Assembly: GCA_016794585.1 (NCBI GenBank)
Contig: JAEUJM010000026.1
Location: 200,153 to 264,152, forward strand
Direction: 5' to 3'
Length of the DNA stretch: 64,000 bases
Origin: Acidimicrobiales bacterium
Lineage (GTDB): Bacteria; Actinomycetota; Acidimicrobiia; Acidimicrobiales; DATDAH01
Below, in pieces: positions 11,088 to 20,515 of this stretch. A program made the translations under genes and the position numbers. Each line of letters starts with the position of its first letter. Within the stretch, counting starts at the first letter, position 1. A model generated the notes under the pieces. It was not told where the DNA came from. It saw nothing but the letters and a program-made list of their open reading frames with translations, and made no database searches.

Positions 11088-12605
11088 GTGATGCACCGCA
11101 CCTCCCGACCCTCCCGGACCTTCCTCGCCGTCGTCGTCGCCGTGCTGTTCGCCCTCGTGGTGGCGGCCTGCGGCGGCTCGAGCGGCGGGGGCAGCAGCGA
11201 CAGTGGCGACGGTGGCGACGGCGGCGAGGACGCCGCCGCCGACCTGCCCGAGTGCCCGGTCGACGCGCTGGAGAGCGCCACCGGCCCGGTCGAGGTGACC
11301 GTGTGGCACGCCTACGTCGCCAAGACCCAGGAGGCCCTCGAGGACCTCGCCGCGCAGTACAACGAGTCCCAGGACAAGGTCGTGGTGAGGATCGAGAGCC
11401 AGGGCGCGTCGTACCGCGAGCTCCAGCGCAAGTACCAGCAGGCCATCCCCAGCGGTGACCTGCCCGCCATCGCCATCCTCGAGGACATCCAGAACCAGTC
11501 GATGGCCGACAGCGGCACGGTCATCCCCCTGACCTCGTGCGACGAGGCCGACGACAGCTTCAGCACCGACGACTTCCTGCCCATCGCCCTCGACTACTAC
11601 GGCATCGACGACGTGGTGTGGCCGGCCTCGATGAACCTGTCGACGCCCATCCTCTACTACAACAAGAAGCACTTCGAGCAGGCCGGCCTCGACCCCGAGA
11701 ACCCGCCGACCACCCTCGAGGAGATGCGGGACGCCGCGCAGGCCATCGCCGACGCCAACATCGCCGGCGTCGAGGCCCCGTGGGTCCAGGTGGCCACCTC
11801 GTCGTTCATCGAGTCGTGGATGACGGGCGAGGGCGTCGAGCTGGTCAACAACGGCGACGGCCGCGACGAGCCCGCCACCGAGGCGACCCTCGAGGACAAC
11901 GAGCAGCTGAACGACCTGTTCAGCTACCTGAACGACATGGCCGACGACGGCCTGATGCTGCCGATCCCCGACACCGACGGCCAGATCGACCAGTACACGG
12001 CCATGGCCACGCAGCGGTCGTCGATGGCGGTCGAGACCACCACGGCGGCCACCTCCATCGAGTCGTTCCTCAAGGGTCAGCTCGACACCAGCCAACTGAG
12101 CGGGGACGGGCGCATCAACGTCGAGGGGCTCGACCTCGAGGGCCTCGACATCGGCGCCACCCAGCTTCCCGGCGTCTCCGAGCCGGGACGCCCGCAGGTG
12201 GGCGGCGGCGTCTACTACATGACCAACACCACCCCGCCCGAGGTCCAGGCGGCGGCGTGGGACTTCATGAAGTTCATCAACACCACCGAGAGCCAGGTCT
12301 TCAACGACCTCCAGGGCTCCTACCTCCCGCTGCTCGAGTCGGCCGCCGCCGACCCGACGCTCCAGGAGACCTGGCAGAACACCTTGTCGGGCCAGTGGTT
12401 GGCCCTCGGCTACGACCAGCTCCTCAACGGTGTCGATCCCGAGTTCCCCGGCATCACCCTCGGGCCCTACACCGAGTTCCGGGCGGCGATGACCGGTGCC
12501 CTCGAGGACATGTACTTCAACGACGGTGATCCGGCGGCGGTGCTGATCGACGCCCAGACCGAAGTCGACGACGCCATCGCGCAGTACGAGGAAGAGAACT
12601 TCTGA
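11088..12605 (+). CDS. ABC transporter extracellular solute-binding lipoprotein (family 1), paralogue 1
   Basis: Lipobox VVAACGG, Gly/Ser/Asp linker, then an SBP fold (VTVWHAY...YNESQDKV...). Clearly similar to the next gene. Confidence 0.88.
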   Translation: MMHRTSRPSRTFLAVVVAVLFALVVAACGGSSGGGSSDSGDGGDGGEDAAADLPECPVDALESATGPVEVTVWHAYVAKTQEALEDLAAQYNESQDKVVVRIESQGASYRELQRKYQQAIPSGDLPAIAILEDIQNQSMADSGTVIPLTSCDEADDSFSTDDFLPIALDYYGIDDVVWPASMNLSTPILYYNKKHFEQAGLDPENPPTTLEEMRDAAQAIADANIAGVEAPWVQVATSSFIESWMTGEGVELVNNGDGRDEPATEATLEDNEQLNDLFSYLNDMADDGLMLPIPDTDGQIDQYTAMATQRSSMAVETTTAATSIESFLKGQLDTSQLSGDGRINVEGLDLEGLDIGATQLPGVSEPGRPQVGGGVYYMTNTTPPEVQAAAWDFMKFINTTESQVFNDLQGSYLPLLESAAADPTLQETWQNTLSGQWLALGYDQLLNGVDPEFPGITLGPYTEFRAAMTGALEDMYFNDGDPAAVLIDAQTEVDDAIAQYEEENF

Positions 12606-12617
12606 CGACACTCCGGT

Positions 12618-12649
12618 GTCAGGGCAGGGTCTTCCGGCCCTGCCCTGAC
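12618..12649 (+). terminator. Perfect 12-bp GC-rich hairpin between the two SBP genes (possible attenuator or terminator; no T-tract)
   Basis: GTCAGGGCAGGG-tcttccgg-CCCTGCCCTGAC, 13 nt after the SBP1 stop codon. Confidence 0.5.
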
Positions 12650-12675
12650 CCGGACCTGTCGCCTAGCCTGCGGCC

Positions 12676-14160
12676 ATGCGCCGCACCCCGTTCGTCGTCG
12701 CCCTGGCCGTCGTCGCGGCCCTGTTCGTCGCCGCCTGCGGCGGCACCTCCGGCGGGGGAGCGGGCGACGACGAGGCCGGTGACGCCGGCGCCGGGGACGC
12801 CGGTGCGCTGCCCGAGTGCCCCGTCACCGCGCTCGACGACGTCCCCGAGAGCGACCTGCCCATCGAGGTGACCCTCTGGCACGCGTCGGTGGCCAAGGGC
12901 GAGGAGGCGATCAACGAGATCGCCGATGCCTACAACGCCTCGCAGGACCGGGTGCGCATCGAGGTCGAGAACCAGGCGACCTCGTTCGAGGAGCTCCAGC
13001 GCAAGTACAACCAGGCCATCCCGAGCAACGACCTTCCCGGCATCGCCCTGCTCGAGGACACTCAGACCCAGGCCATGGCCGACTCCGGCACGATCCTGCC
13101 GGCGCAGTCCTGCATCGCCGCCGACGACTACGACATGTCGGACTTCGTCCCCACCCTCGTGGACTACTACTCGGTCGACGGCAACCTCTACCCGGCGTCG
13201 ATGACGGGCTCGAACGCCCTCATCTACTTCAACGTCGACCACTTCGAGGAGGCCGGTCTCGACCCCGAGAACCCGCCCACCAACCTCGACGAGATCCGCG
13301 AGGCGGCCCAGGCCATCAAGGACGCCGGCGTCACCGAGCACCCCTTCGTGTGGCACATGGCCCCGTGGCAGGTCGAGTTCTGGCTGACCGGCAACCACAT
13401 CCCGTTCGTGGACAACAACAACGGCCGGGAGGCGCCGGCCACCGAGTCGGTGCTGAACAGCGAGGGCGCCCTCGAGCTGTTCCAGTGGCTCAAGGACATG
13501 AACGACGACGGCCTGATGCTCCCCATCACCGACGTGCCCGGCCAGATCGACCAGTACCTCGCGCTCGCCAACGAGCAGGGCTCGTTCAGCGTCGAGGCAT
13601 CGAGCGCGGCCACCTCGGTGGAGGCCTTCCTCAAGGGCCAGCTGAGCGCTGGTGACCTCACCGACGGCCGGGTCAACGCCGACGTCGACCTGAGCGGCCT
13701 GAACATCGGCGCCGACGAGTTCCCCGGCATGGAGGAGCCCGGCCACATCCAGGTGGGCGGCGGCGTCTACTACATGATGAGCACCACGCCCCCCGAGGTG
13801 CAGGCGGCGGCGTGGGACTACATGAAGTGGGTGAACTCGGTCGACATGCAGGTGGTGAGCAACCTGGTCGGCAGCAACGACCCCACCCTGGTGAGCGTGG
13901 CCGACGTGCCCGAGGTGGCCCGCACCTGGGCGGACACCCTCTCGGGGCAGTGGCTGGCCATCTCGTTCGAGCAGCAGCAGAACGGCATCGATCCCGAGTT
14001 CCCCGGCCCGCTGGTCGGGCCCTACACCGAGATGCGCACCGCGGTCCGCCAAGCGGTCGAGGACATGCTCCTCAACGACGCCGCGCCGGAGGACGTGCTC
14101 GCCGACGCCGAGGCCGAGATCACCGAGGCCATCGAGCGGTACCAGGAGGAGAACTTCTAG
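12676..14160 (+). CDS. ABC transporter extracellular solute-binding lipoprotein (family 1), paralogue 2
   Basis: Lipobox VAACGG. By eye, alignable with the 11088..12605 product over its full length with many identical blocks (ECPV..AL, LQRKY.QAIPS.DLP, AGLDPENPPT, DDGLMLPI, GGGVYYM..TTPPEVQAAAWD, YQEENF). Confidence 0.88.
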   Translation: MRRTPFVVALAVVAALFVAACGGTSGGGAGDDEAGDAGAGDAGALPECPVTALDDVPESDLPIEVTLWHASVAKGEEAINEIADAYNASQDRVRIEVENQATSFEELQRKYNQAIPSNDLPGIALLEDTQTQAMADSGTILPAQSCIAADDYDMSDFVPTLVDYYSVDGNLYPASMTGSNALIYFNVDHFEEAGLDPENPPTNLDEIREAAQAIKDAGVTEHPFVWHMAPWQVEFWLTGNHIPFVDNNNGREAPATESVLNSEGALELFQWLKDMNDDGLMLPITDVPGQIDQYLALANEQGSFSVEASSAATSVEAFLKGQLSAGDLTDGRVNADVDLSGLNIGADEFPGMEEPGHIQVGGGVYYMMSTTPPEVQAAAWDYMKWVNSVDMQVVSNLVGSNDPTLVSVADVPEVARTWADTLSGQWLAISFEQQQNGIDPEFPGPLVGPYTEMRTAVRQAVEDMLLNDAAPEDVLADAEAEITEAIERYQEENF

Positions 14161-14165
14161 CGGCG

Positions 14166-14189
14166 GGCCCGGGGCCTCGACCCCGGGCC
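14166..14189 (+). terminator. GC hairpin after the ABC operon (terminator candidate)
   Basis: GGCCCGGGG-cctcga-CCCCGGGCC, starting 6 nt after the SBP2 stop codon. Confidence 0.5.
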
Positions 14190-14236
14190 TTGCACCGCAT
14201 GAAAGATACTGATACATACTGAAAGGCGTTTCAGGA
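14190..14236 (+). promoter_or_regulatory. AT-rich island with promoter-like hexamers and repeat/palindrome operator candidates, upstream of the vWA surface-protein gene
   Basis: ttgcaccgcatgaaagatactgatacatactgaaaggcgtttcagg. TTGCAC, 17 nt, then TACATA/CATACT. Direct repeat ATACTGA(t/a)A. Palindrome CTGAAA-GGCG-TTTCAG (14219..14234). Confidence 0.4.
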
Positions 14237-14312
14237 CCCGTTGGGCCCCGTGCCCGGACTCGCTGACGGCTGACGCACCGCCGGCCTCGATCCGTCGCAC
14301 CAGGAGGGGCCC

Positions 14313-16580
14313 ATGCCCGTCATCCTTTTCCGTCCGCCCCCGCGTCGCGCCCTGTGGGCCGTCGCCCTGTTCCTCGCCTCGGTGGTGTGGTTCGTCCCCG
14401 TCGCCCTGCTGGCCGGGGCCCGGCCCGCCGGCGCCGACCCCGGGCCGGGCATCGCCAACAACGCGTGGCCCACCGACTGCAACATGCGCGTCGGCGTCGT
14501 CGTCGACCGCTCCGACTCCATCAAGGGCGCCAGCGAGGCCAACCCGGCGCTCGTGCGCGGCGCCGTGGGCGATCTCGCCGAGCGCCTCCGCGGCACGGGC
14601 GCCAGCATGGCGGTCTGGTCCTTCGGCACCCTGGCCTCCGGCTACACCGGCCCGAACCCGTTCGCCGGCGCCCCCGCGGGCGCGACCATCTCGGCGTCCG
14701 ACTACCCGAGCGTCGGTTTCACGTCGCTGGCCACGCCCGGGGGTGTGGCCACCGTGCGGGGGACCGTCGACGCCATCCCCTTCACCCGCACCTTCAACGC
14801 CGACACGGATCCGGACACGCGCCGGGTGGGAGCCACCAACTGGGAGGCCGGCCTCGGCCGTTCCTCGCACGGCATCCCCGGCGCGGTCGCACCGAACGGT
14901 GACCGGCCGCGCGACGCCGACGTGGTGATCTTCTTCACCGACGGGGCCCCCACCATCGACAACGCCCAGCTTGCGGCGGGCGTCGCCGGCGTCGACGCCA
15001 CCGACGCGAAGGTCGACAGCGCGCTGGCCGCCGCCGAGGAGGTGAAGACCACGTCGGCCCCGACGCGCGTCATCGCCGTCGGCGTGGGCGACGTGAACGC
15101 CCCCAACCTCGAGCGGGTCACCGGGGGCTACCCGGCCGCCGAAGAGTTCCAGGACTACTGGCTGACCGACTTCGGGGGTCTCAGCGACGCCCTGCTCGAC
15201 GTGGCCACCCGCATCTGCGGTGGTTCGCTGGTCATCCGCAAGCTCGTGCCCGGCACCGAGCCCGGCTCGTGGGTGCCTCGAGCGAACTGGGACTTCGACG
15301 TCAGCTTCCCCGGTGGCGCCCCGGCCTTCCTCGCGCCGGGCACCGAGGTGACCACCGGCGCCGACGGCACCACCACCCTCAGCTGGTTGAACCCCTCGGG
15401 GGACACCGACGTGGTGGTGACCGAGCAACTGGCCGACGGGCAGCGCCAGGCAGGGGTCACGTGCTCGACCCCGTCGGCGGGGTCGCGCCAGACCGGGACG
15501 GTGGAGCGGGGGGCCGAGGCCTCCGAAACGCCCTGGTTCGCGGTCACCGTGCCCCGTCACCTCCAGACGGTGTGCGAGGTGCGCAACTACCAACAGGGCC
15601 CCGGGCTCGAGCTGGACAAGGTGGCCGCCCCCACGTCACTGCCGACGGCGGGCGACGCCACGTTCACCCTGACCCTCACCAACCCGGACGCGGTCGAGCC
15701 CGTGCGCATCGACGCGCTCTACGACGATGTCTACGGCGACCTCTTCGACCCCGACAACACCCTGGTGCGTGACAACACCTGCGACGACTCGGAGCCCGGC
15801 AGTCGGGTGATGGCGCCCGGCGCCACCGGCACGTGCTCGTTCGTGGCCCGGGTCGAGCCCGCGCACGACGGCGGGCCCCACGTGGACGTGGTCACGGTGC
15901 ACGGCGTCGAGCTCTTGCCCAGCGGTGTCGAGGGCGACGACGTGGAGGCGAGCGATGACGCCGTGGTCGAGTTCACCGAGCTGGACGGGCCCGACCTCGC
16001 CGTCAGCAAGGACGACGGGGTCGACACCCTGGCTCCCGGGGACGAGACCACCTACGAGATCACGGTGGCCAACCACGGCACGGTCGACGCCTCCGGCGTG
16101 GCCCTGGTGGACGTGCTGCCGCCGGGCACGCGCTTCGTCTCGGCATCGGACGACGCCGCGTTCGACGGCGCCGGCGACCCGGCCCGCGACGGGAGCCCCG
16201 CCGTGGTGTGGCCCTGGTTCGGCCTGGCCGCCGGCGAGGAGCGCACCGTGGAGGTCACCGTGGCCGTCCTCGACGACGCCGTGGCGGGAGCGGAGATCCT
16301 CAACCAGGTGGGCGTGCAGGACGACGGCACCCACGGGCCGGACCCGTCACCCGACGACAACCACGACATCGACGTCGACACCGTCGTCGTGCCGGTGCTC
16401 GAGGAGCCGCCCCTGACCCGGGACCCCGACCCGTCCGGCGGCACCGGGCCGCTGCCCCGCACCGGTGGTGACGTCGCCGAGCTGGCGGCGTGGGGTGGCG
16501 GCCTCGTCGCCGCCGGCGCCGCCCTGGTGGGCCTGGCCCGCCGGGCCCCCGGCGGCCGACTCCGCCTCCGCCGGCCGTAG
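14313..16580 (+). CDS. Secreted vWA-domain / DUF11-repeat surface protein with a C-terminal LPXTG-type sorting signal
   Basis: Signal peptide. MIDAS-like DRSDS. DUF11-like repeats (LAVSKDDGVDTLAPGDETTYEITVANHGTVDASGVALVDVLPPGTRFV). C-terminal LPRTGG, then a hydrophobic helix, then RRAPGGRLRLRRP. Confidence 0.85.
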   Translation: MPVILFRPPPRRALWAVALFLASVVWFVPVALLAGARPAGADPGPGIANNAWPTDCNMRVGVVVDRSDSIKGASEANPALVRGAVGDLAERLRGTGASMAVWSFGTLASGYTGPNPFAGAPAGATISASDYPSVGFTSLATPGGVATVRGTVDAIPFTRTFNADTDPDTRRVGATNWEAGLGRSSHGIPGAVAPNGDRPRDADVVIFFTDGAPTIDNAQLAAGVAGVDATDAKVDSALAAAEEVKTTSAPTRVIAVGVGDVNAPNLERVTGGYPAAEEFQDYWLTDFGGLSDALLDVATRICGGSLVIRKLVPGTEPGSWVPRANWDFDVSFPGGAPAFLAPGTEVTTGADGTTTLSWLNPSGDTDVVVTEQLADGQRQAGVTCSTPSAGSRQTGTVERGAEASETPWFAVTVPRHLQTVCEVRNYQQGPGLELDKVAAPTSLPTAGDATFTLTLTNPDAVEPVRIDALYDDVYGDLFDPDNTLVRDNTCDDSEPGSRVMAPGATGTCSFVARVEPAHDGGPHVDVVTVHGVELLPSGVEGDDVEASDDAVVEFTELDGPDLAVSKDDGVDTLAPGDETTYEITVANHGTVDASGVALVDVLPPGTRFVSASDDAAFDGAGDPARDGSPAVVWPWFGLAAGEERTVEVTVAVLDDAVAGAEILNQVGVQDDGTHGPDPSPDDNHDIDVDTVVVPVLEEPPLTRDPDPSGGTGPLPRTGGDVAELAAWGGGLVAAGAALVGLARRAPGGRLRLRRP

Positions 16581-16601
16581 GTTCAGCGCCCGTCCGCCTC
16601 T

Positions 16602-16641
16602 GGTTCCCGATCTCGGTGCGGAAGCACCGGGATCGGGAACC
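16602..16641. terminator. Compound hairpin between convergent genes (bidirectional terminator candidate)
   Basis: GGTTCCCGATC-t-CGGTGC-ggaa-GCACCG-g-GATCGGGAACC. Confidence 0.55.
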
Positions 16642-16659
16642 GGTACCGCGCCCGCCCGA

Positions 16660-19600
16660 TCAGGGGGTGATGGTGAAGTACGCGCGGTAGCGGGCGTCGT
16701 GGGAGGGCGCGGTGACGGTGTGGTTGCGGGCGCCGCCGTCGGACCAGCGGTCGAAGGTGGCGGTGCCCCCGATCACGGGTGCGGTGGCCGGCGCCGCCAC
16801 CGAGTTCACCGAACCGATCATCACGGTGCGGGTGAGGGGGGCGGGCTCGGAGGTGGCGCCGACCACCAGGGGCAGGCCCGTCGGGGTGCTGGCGAAGGTG
16901 AGCTCCACCGTGCGGGGATCCAGGTCGCGCCGGCGCACCACGGTGTCGCCGCCGGGCATCCGGGCGGTCAGGCGCAGCTCGAGGTGTGACGGGAACTCAT
17001 GGTCGGTGGCGAGGAAGGTGCCGGAGCGCACCCCGCGCCAGGTCTGGACCACGTGGCTGTGGCAGTTGCTCGGGCAGTGCTGCATGATCAGCGCCCAGCT
17101 GAGGCGGGAGGCCGGCAACGGGACCCCGGTGGCGGTCTCAGCGCCGCCCGAGAAGGCGAGCACCCGACCGACCCGCCAGTGGCTGGTGGCCGACGGGGCG
17201 TCGATGTGGACCCGTCCGGCCGCGGGCGGGTTGTCGCAGGTCACCCGGGCCTGTGCCCAGTCGGCGTGGTCGCCGGTGTTGCCGTCGCCGCCGTCGGCCA
17301 CGACCAGCTTGATGCGGGTCTCGCCGGCGAGGTCGAGGTCCAGGTGGCGGGTGGGGGTGGACGATCGCATCACCGCGCTCTCGTACAGGACCCGTCCGCC
17401 ACCGCCCTCGACCCGGAACTGCACCGAGCCGGCCATGCCGGCCTCCTCGTCCACCCCGATGTCGGCGGTGAACGAGGTGCATCCGGGCTCGAGGTCGTAG
17501 ACGACGCGCGACGGCGCGTGGGCGCCGAGGCCGTCGGCGTAGGTCACCCCGTCCAAGGTCAGCGGGCCACCGTCGCCGGCGCCGTTCGCCCCGTTGCTCT
17601 GGTCGATTTCGACCGGGCCGAAGCCGTTGCTGGCGGCGTGCCAGGCCCGGGCGCTCAGCGGAGCGGGGCCCGAGGGGGTGCAGTCCACGAAGGCATCGGC
17701 CCAGTCGCCGTGGTCGGCGGCGTTGCCGTCGCCGCCGTCGAGCACCTCCAGTTCGAGCTGCTGCGCACCGGTGAGGTCGACGGTGACGGGCAGGGGCCCG
17801 TCCACGCCGGTGAGGACCGGGCTGCGGAATCGCTCGGTGCCGTCGGTCCGCACGACGAACTGCGCGCTGCCGCCCGCACCGACCTCATCGTCGATGCCCA
17901 CGTCGGCGGTGAACGAGAAGCAGCGGCCGCCCATGGGGTAGGTGAGGGTCGACGGGGCGTTGGTGCCGAGGCCCTTGGCGTAGGTCGCGCCCTCGATGGA
18001 CAGCGGGAGACCGTCGAGGGGCGCCTCCTCGCCGTTGCTGGTGTCTCGCTCGACGGGGCCCCAGCCGTTGGTCGCCGTGGCCCAGCTGAGGTCGCTCAGG
18101 TACGCCGACCGTGAGGGCGGAGCCAGCGCGTCCCAGGTGATGCGGCGGATGGCGCCCCCGGTGAGGTCGACGTAGAAGACGTCTCCGTCCGGGCCGATCT
18201 GGAGGTCGACCGGGGCATGGGCGCCGTCCACCAGCGCCACGGGGTCGCCGCCTGGCGGGATGGCCCAGATGCAGCTGCGGCTGTAATCGGCCAGCAGCAG
18301 GGCCCCGTCGTACTCGTCGGGGTAGTCCCCGCCGTCGTAGAAGCCGATGCCCGACAGCGACGAGCTGCCCACCGGGCAGGACTCGCCCGGGGCGACGTGG
18401 GCGTCGTGCCGGTAGGAGAACACCGGGGTGGTCACGGCCTCGGGCCGGGTGTAGAGGCGCTCGCACAGGTCGATGCCCATGCCGTCGAACGCGGGCATCC
18501 GGGCCGGGCCCTCGTAGCACGGCCACCCGAAGTTCTCCGCCTGGCCACTCGGGTCGGCGAGGCGCTCGACCTCCTCGTAGGCGCCGCCGCCCACGTCGGC
18601 GATGTGGAGCTCGCCGGCGGGGTTGAAGGCGAGCCGGAACGGGTTGCGCAGTCCGTAGGCGACCAGGCGCTTCCAGTTGCCGGTGCGGTTGGGGAACGGG
18701 TTGGTGGGCACGCCCCGGCCAGTGGCGCGGTTGACCCGGATGACGGTGCCGTCGAGGCCCAGTGGGTCGGAGGTGGTGCGGGCGTCCTGGGAGCGCAGCG
18801 AGCCGCCCTCGGTGTGGGGAATGCTGAGCATGGTCCCTGGCGGGGTCGGAGGGTCGCCACAGGGGTTGGCGGGGACCCCGAACTGGCCGTAGTCGTTGAA
18901 GGTGAAGCTCGCCCCGTCGCCCCCGCTGGCGTAGAGCGTGCCGTCGGGACCGAACTCGATGTCGCCGGCGCCGTGGCTGGGGTACTGCTGGCACCAGTCC
19001 TCGACCAGCACCTGCTCCGGGCCCACGGTCGTCCCCTGGAGCTCGAAGCGCGAGAGCCGGGTCGACACCACGCAGCCGTTCGTCAGCGGCCCTGGGGGAG
19101 TGGGGCAGGTGTCGCCCCATCGGGGTGCGGTGCCCCCGATGGCGGCATCGTGGGCGTAGAGCACGTAGAGGTAGGGCTGGCCCGGGAACTGGGGGTCGAG
19201 GTTGAACCCGAGCAGGCCCCGGTCCCAGTAGCCGTGCACGTTGGTGCGCAGGTCGGCCACCACCGTGGCGGTGCGGTCGTCGAGCCCGTCGAACACCTTG
19301 ATGCGGCCCGCCTTCTCGGCCACGAAGACGCGGCCGTCGACGGCGAAGCGCACCACGGTCGGGTCGTCCAGGCCGGCGATGACGACCCGGTCCTGGAATC
19401 CGGCGGGAAGGGTCTCGGCCTCGGCGGCGGGGGTGCCGACACCATCGCTGGGGCCGGGGGTGCCCCCGGGGGTCGGCCCGACCGTCACCCCGGCGAGCGC
19501 GGTCAGCGCGCCGACCACGACCAGGGCGGTGAGGCGGCGCCGTCGCGGGCGTCCAGCCGTGCCTTCCCGTCCCCGTCCGCGCCCGGGCGGCCCCGGGCGC

Positions 19601-19695
19601 GCGAGCGCCTGCTCGGGCTCGGGTCCCGCCTGCCCCTGCGCCGGGGCGCGCGTCGAGTGGTCGATGGGGTACCCGTCGGCCCTCGGCGGCGCCGT
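16660..19695 (-). CDS. Secreted PQQ-dependent glucose/sorbosone dehydrogenase-like beta-propeller with two NPCBM-like carbohydrate-binding modules and a C-terminal beta-rich domain
   Basis: Twin-Arg-like signal RPRRRRLTALVVVGALTALAG. Propeller region (RVFVAEKAGRIKVFD, GPDGTLYASGGDG, GLRNPFRLAFNPAGELHIADVG). Two copies of an LSD.SWA.A.NGWGPVE.D.SNG... module. The 5' end given is the maximal extent not overlapping ppgK. The only canonical start there is GTG 19518 (see findings). Confidence 0.8.
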   Translation of the reverse strand, partial: TAPPRADGYPIDHSTRAPAQGQAGPEPEQALARPGPPGRGRGREGTAGRPRRRRLTALVVVGALTALAGVTVGPTPGGTPGPSDGVGTPAAEAETLPAGFQDRVVIAGLDDPTVVRFAVDGRVFVAEKAGRIKVFDGLDDRTATVVADLRTNVHGYWDRGLLGFNLDPQFPGQPYLYVLYAHDAAIGGTAPRWGDTCPTPPGPLTNGCVVSTRLSRFELQGTTVGPEQVLVEDWCQQYPSHGAGDIEFGPDGTLYASGGDGASFTFNDYGQFGVPANPCGDPPTPPGTMLSIPHTEGGSLRSQDARTTSDPLGLDGTVIRVNRATGRGVPTNPFPNRTGNWKRLVAYGLRNPFRLAFNPAGELHIADVGGGAYEEVERLADPSGQAENFGWPCYEGPARMPAFDGMGIDLCERLYTRPEAVTTPVFSYRHDAHVAPGESCPVGSSSLSGIGFYDGGDYPDEYDGALLLADYSRSCIWAIPPGGDPVALVDGAHAPVDLQIGPDGDVFYVDLTGGAIRRITWDALAPPSRSAYLSDLSWATATNGWGPVERDTSNGEEAPLDGLPLSIEGATYAKGLGTNAPSTLTYPMGGRCFSFTADVGIDDEVGAGGSAQFVVRTDGTERFRSPVLTGVDGPLPVTVDLTGAQQLELEVLDGGDGNAADHGDWADAFVDCTPSGPAPLSARAWHAASNGFGPVEIDQSNGANGAGDGGPLTLDGVTYADGLGAHAPSRVVYDLEPGCTSFTADIGVDEEAGMAGSVQFRVEGGGGRVLYESAVMRSSTPTRHLDLDLAGETRIKLVVADGGDGNTGDHADWAQARVTCDNPPAAGRVHIDAPSATSHWRVGRVLAFSGGAETATGVPLPASRLSWALIMQHCPSNCHSHVVQTWRGVRSGTFLATDHEFPSHLELRLTARMPGGDTVVRRRDLDPRTVELTFASTPTGLPLVVGATSEPAPLTRTVMIGSVNSVAAPATAPVIGGTATFDRWSDGGARNHTVTAPSHDARYRAYFTITP

Positions 19696-19697
19696 TG

Positions 19698-20444
19698 TTA
19701 GGGGCCGGGGGTGGCGGGGACCGAGGCCATCGCCGCTCCCACGATGCCGGCCTCGTTGCGCAGCTCGGCCGGGACCACCGGGGTGCTGCGCTCGAGCAGG
19801 TGCAGGAACTTGTCGGCCTTCTTGCTGACGCCACCGCCGATGATGATGAGCTCGGGGGAGAAGAGGGCCTCGACGACCTCGAGGTAGCGATCGACGCGCG
19901 TGGCCCAGTGCTTCCAGCTCAGGTCGTGCTCCTCGCGCACCGACGCCGCCGCCCGGCTCTCGGCGTCGTGGCCGTCGACCTCCAGATGCCCGAGCTCGGT
20001 GTTGGGGACGAGGCGGCCGTCGACGAACAGGGCGCTGCCGATGCCGGTGCCGAAGGTGAGCAGGAGCACCACGCCGGCCACGCCCTTGCCGTTGCCGAAG
20101 GCCACCTCGGCGACCCCGGCCGCGTCGGCGTCGTTCAGGACCGTGGCCGGCGCTCCGACCGCCGCCCCGAAGCGAGCCGCGGCGTCGACCCCCATCCACG
20201 CCTTGTCGACGTTGGCCGCCGACCCGATGACCCCGTGGCGCACGATGCCGGGGAAGGTGGCGCCGACGGGGCCGGTCCAGCCGAAGCCGGCGACGAGCTG
20301 CGCCACGGTGTCGGTGACGGCCTCGGGAGTGGCGGGCTGGGGCGTCTCGAAGCGTTGGCGCTCGGCCAGCAGGCGACCCGTGGCGGTGTCCACCGGTGCA
20401 CCCTTGATGCCGCTGCCGCCGATGTCGATGCCGAAGCGCTCCAT
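19698..20444 (-). CDS. ppgK: Polyphosphate/ATP glucokinase (ROK family)
   Basis: 248 aa. [17 protein letters not shown]-terminus, [30 protein letters not shown]. Confidence 0.88.
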   Translation of the reverse strand: MERFGIDIGGSGIKGAPVDTATGRLLAERQRFETPQPATPEAVTDTVAQLVAGFGWTGPVGATFPGIVRHGVIGSAANVDKAWMGVDAAARFGAAVGAPATVLNDADAAGVAEVAFGNGKGVAGVVLLLTFGTGIGSALFVDGRLVPNTELGHLEVDGHDAESRAAASVREEHDLSWKHWATRVDRYLEVVEALFSPELIIIGGGVSKKADKFLHLLERSTPVVPAELRNEAGIVGAAMASVPATPGP

Positions 20445-20515
20445 CGCGGGGGACGGTAGCGCGGGCGCTCCCGGTCCGCCGGAAGCCGCGGCGGCGTCCG
20501 ACCTACCATCGCGCC

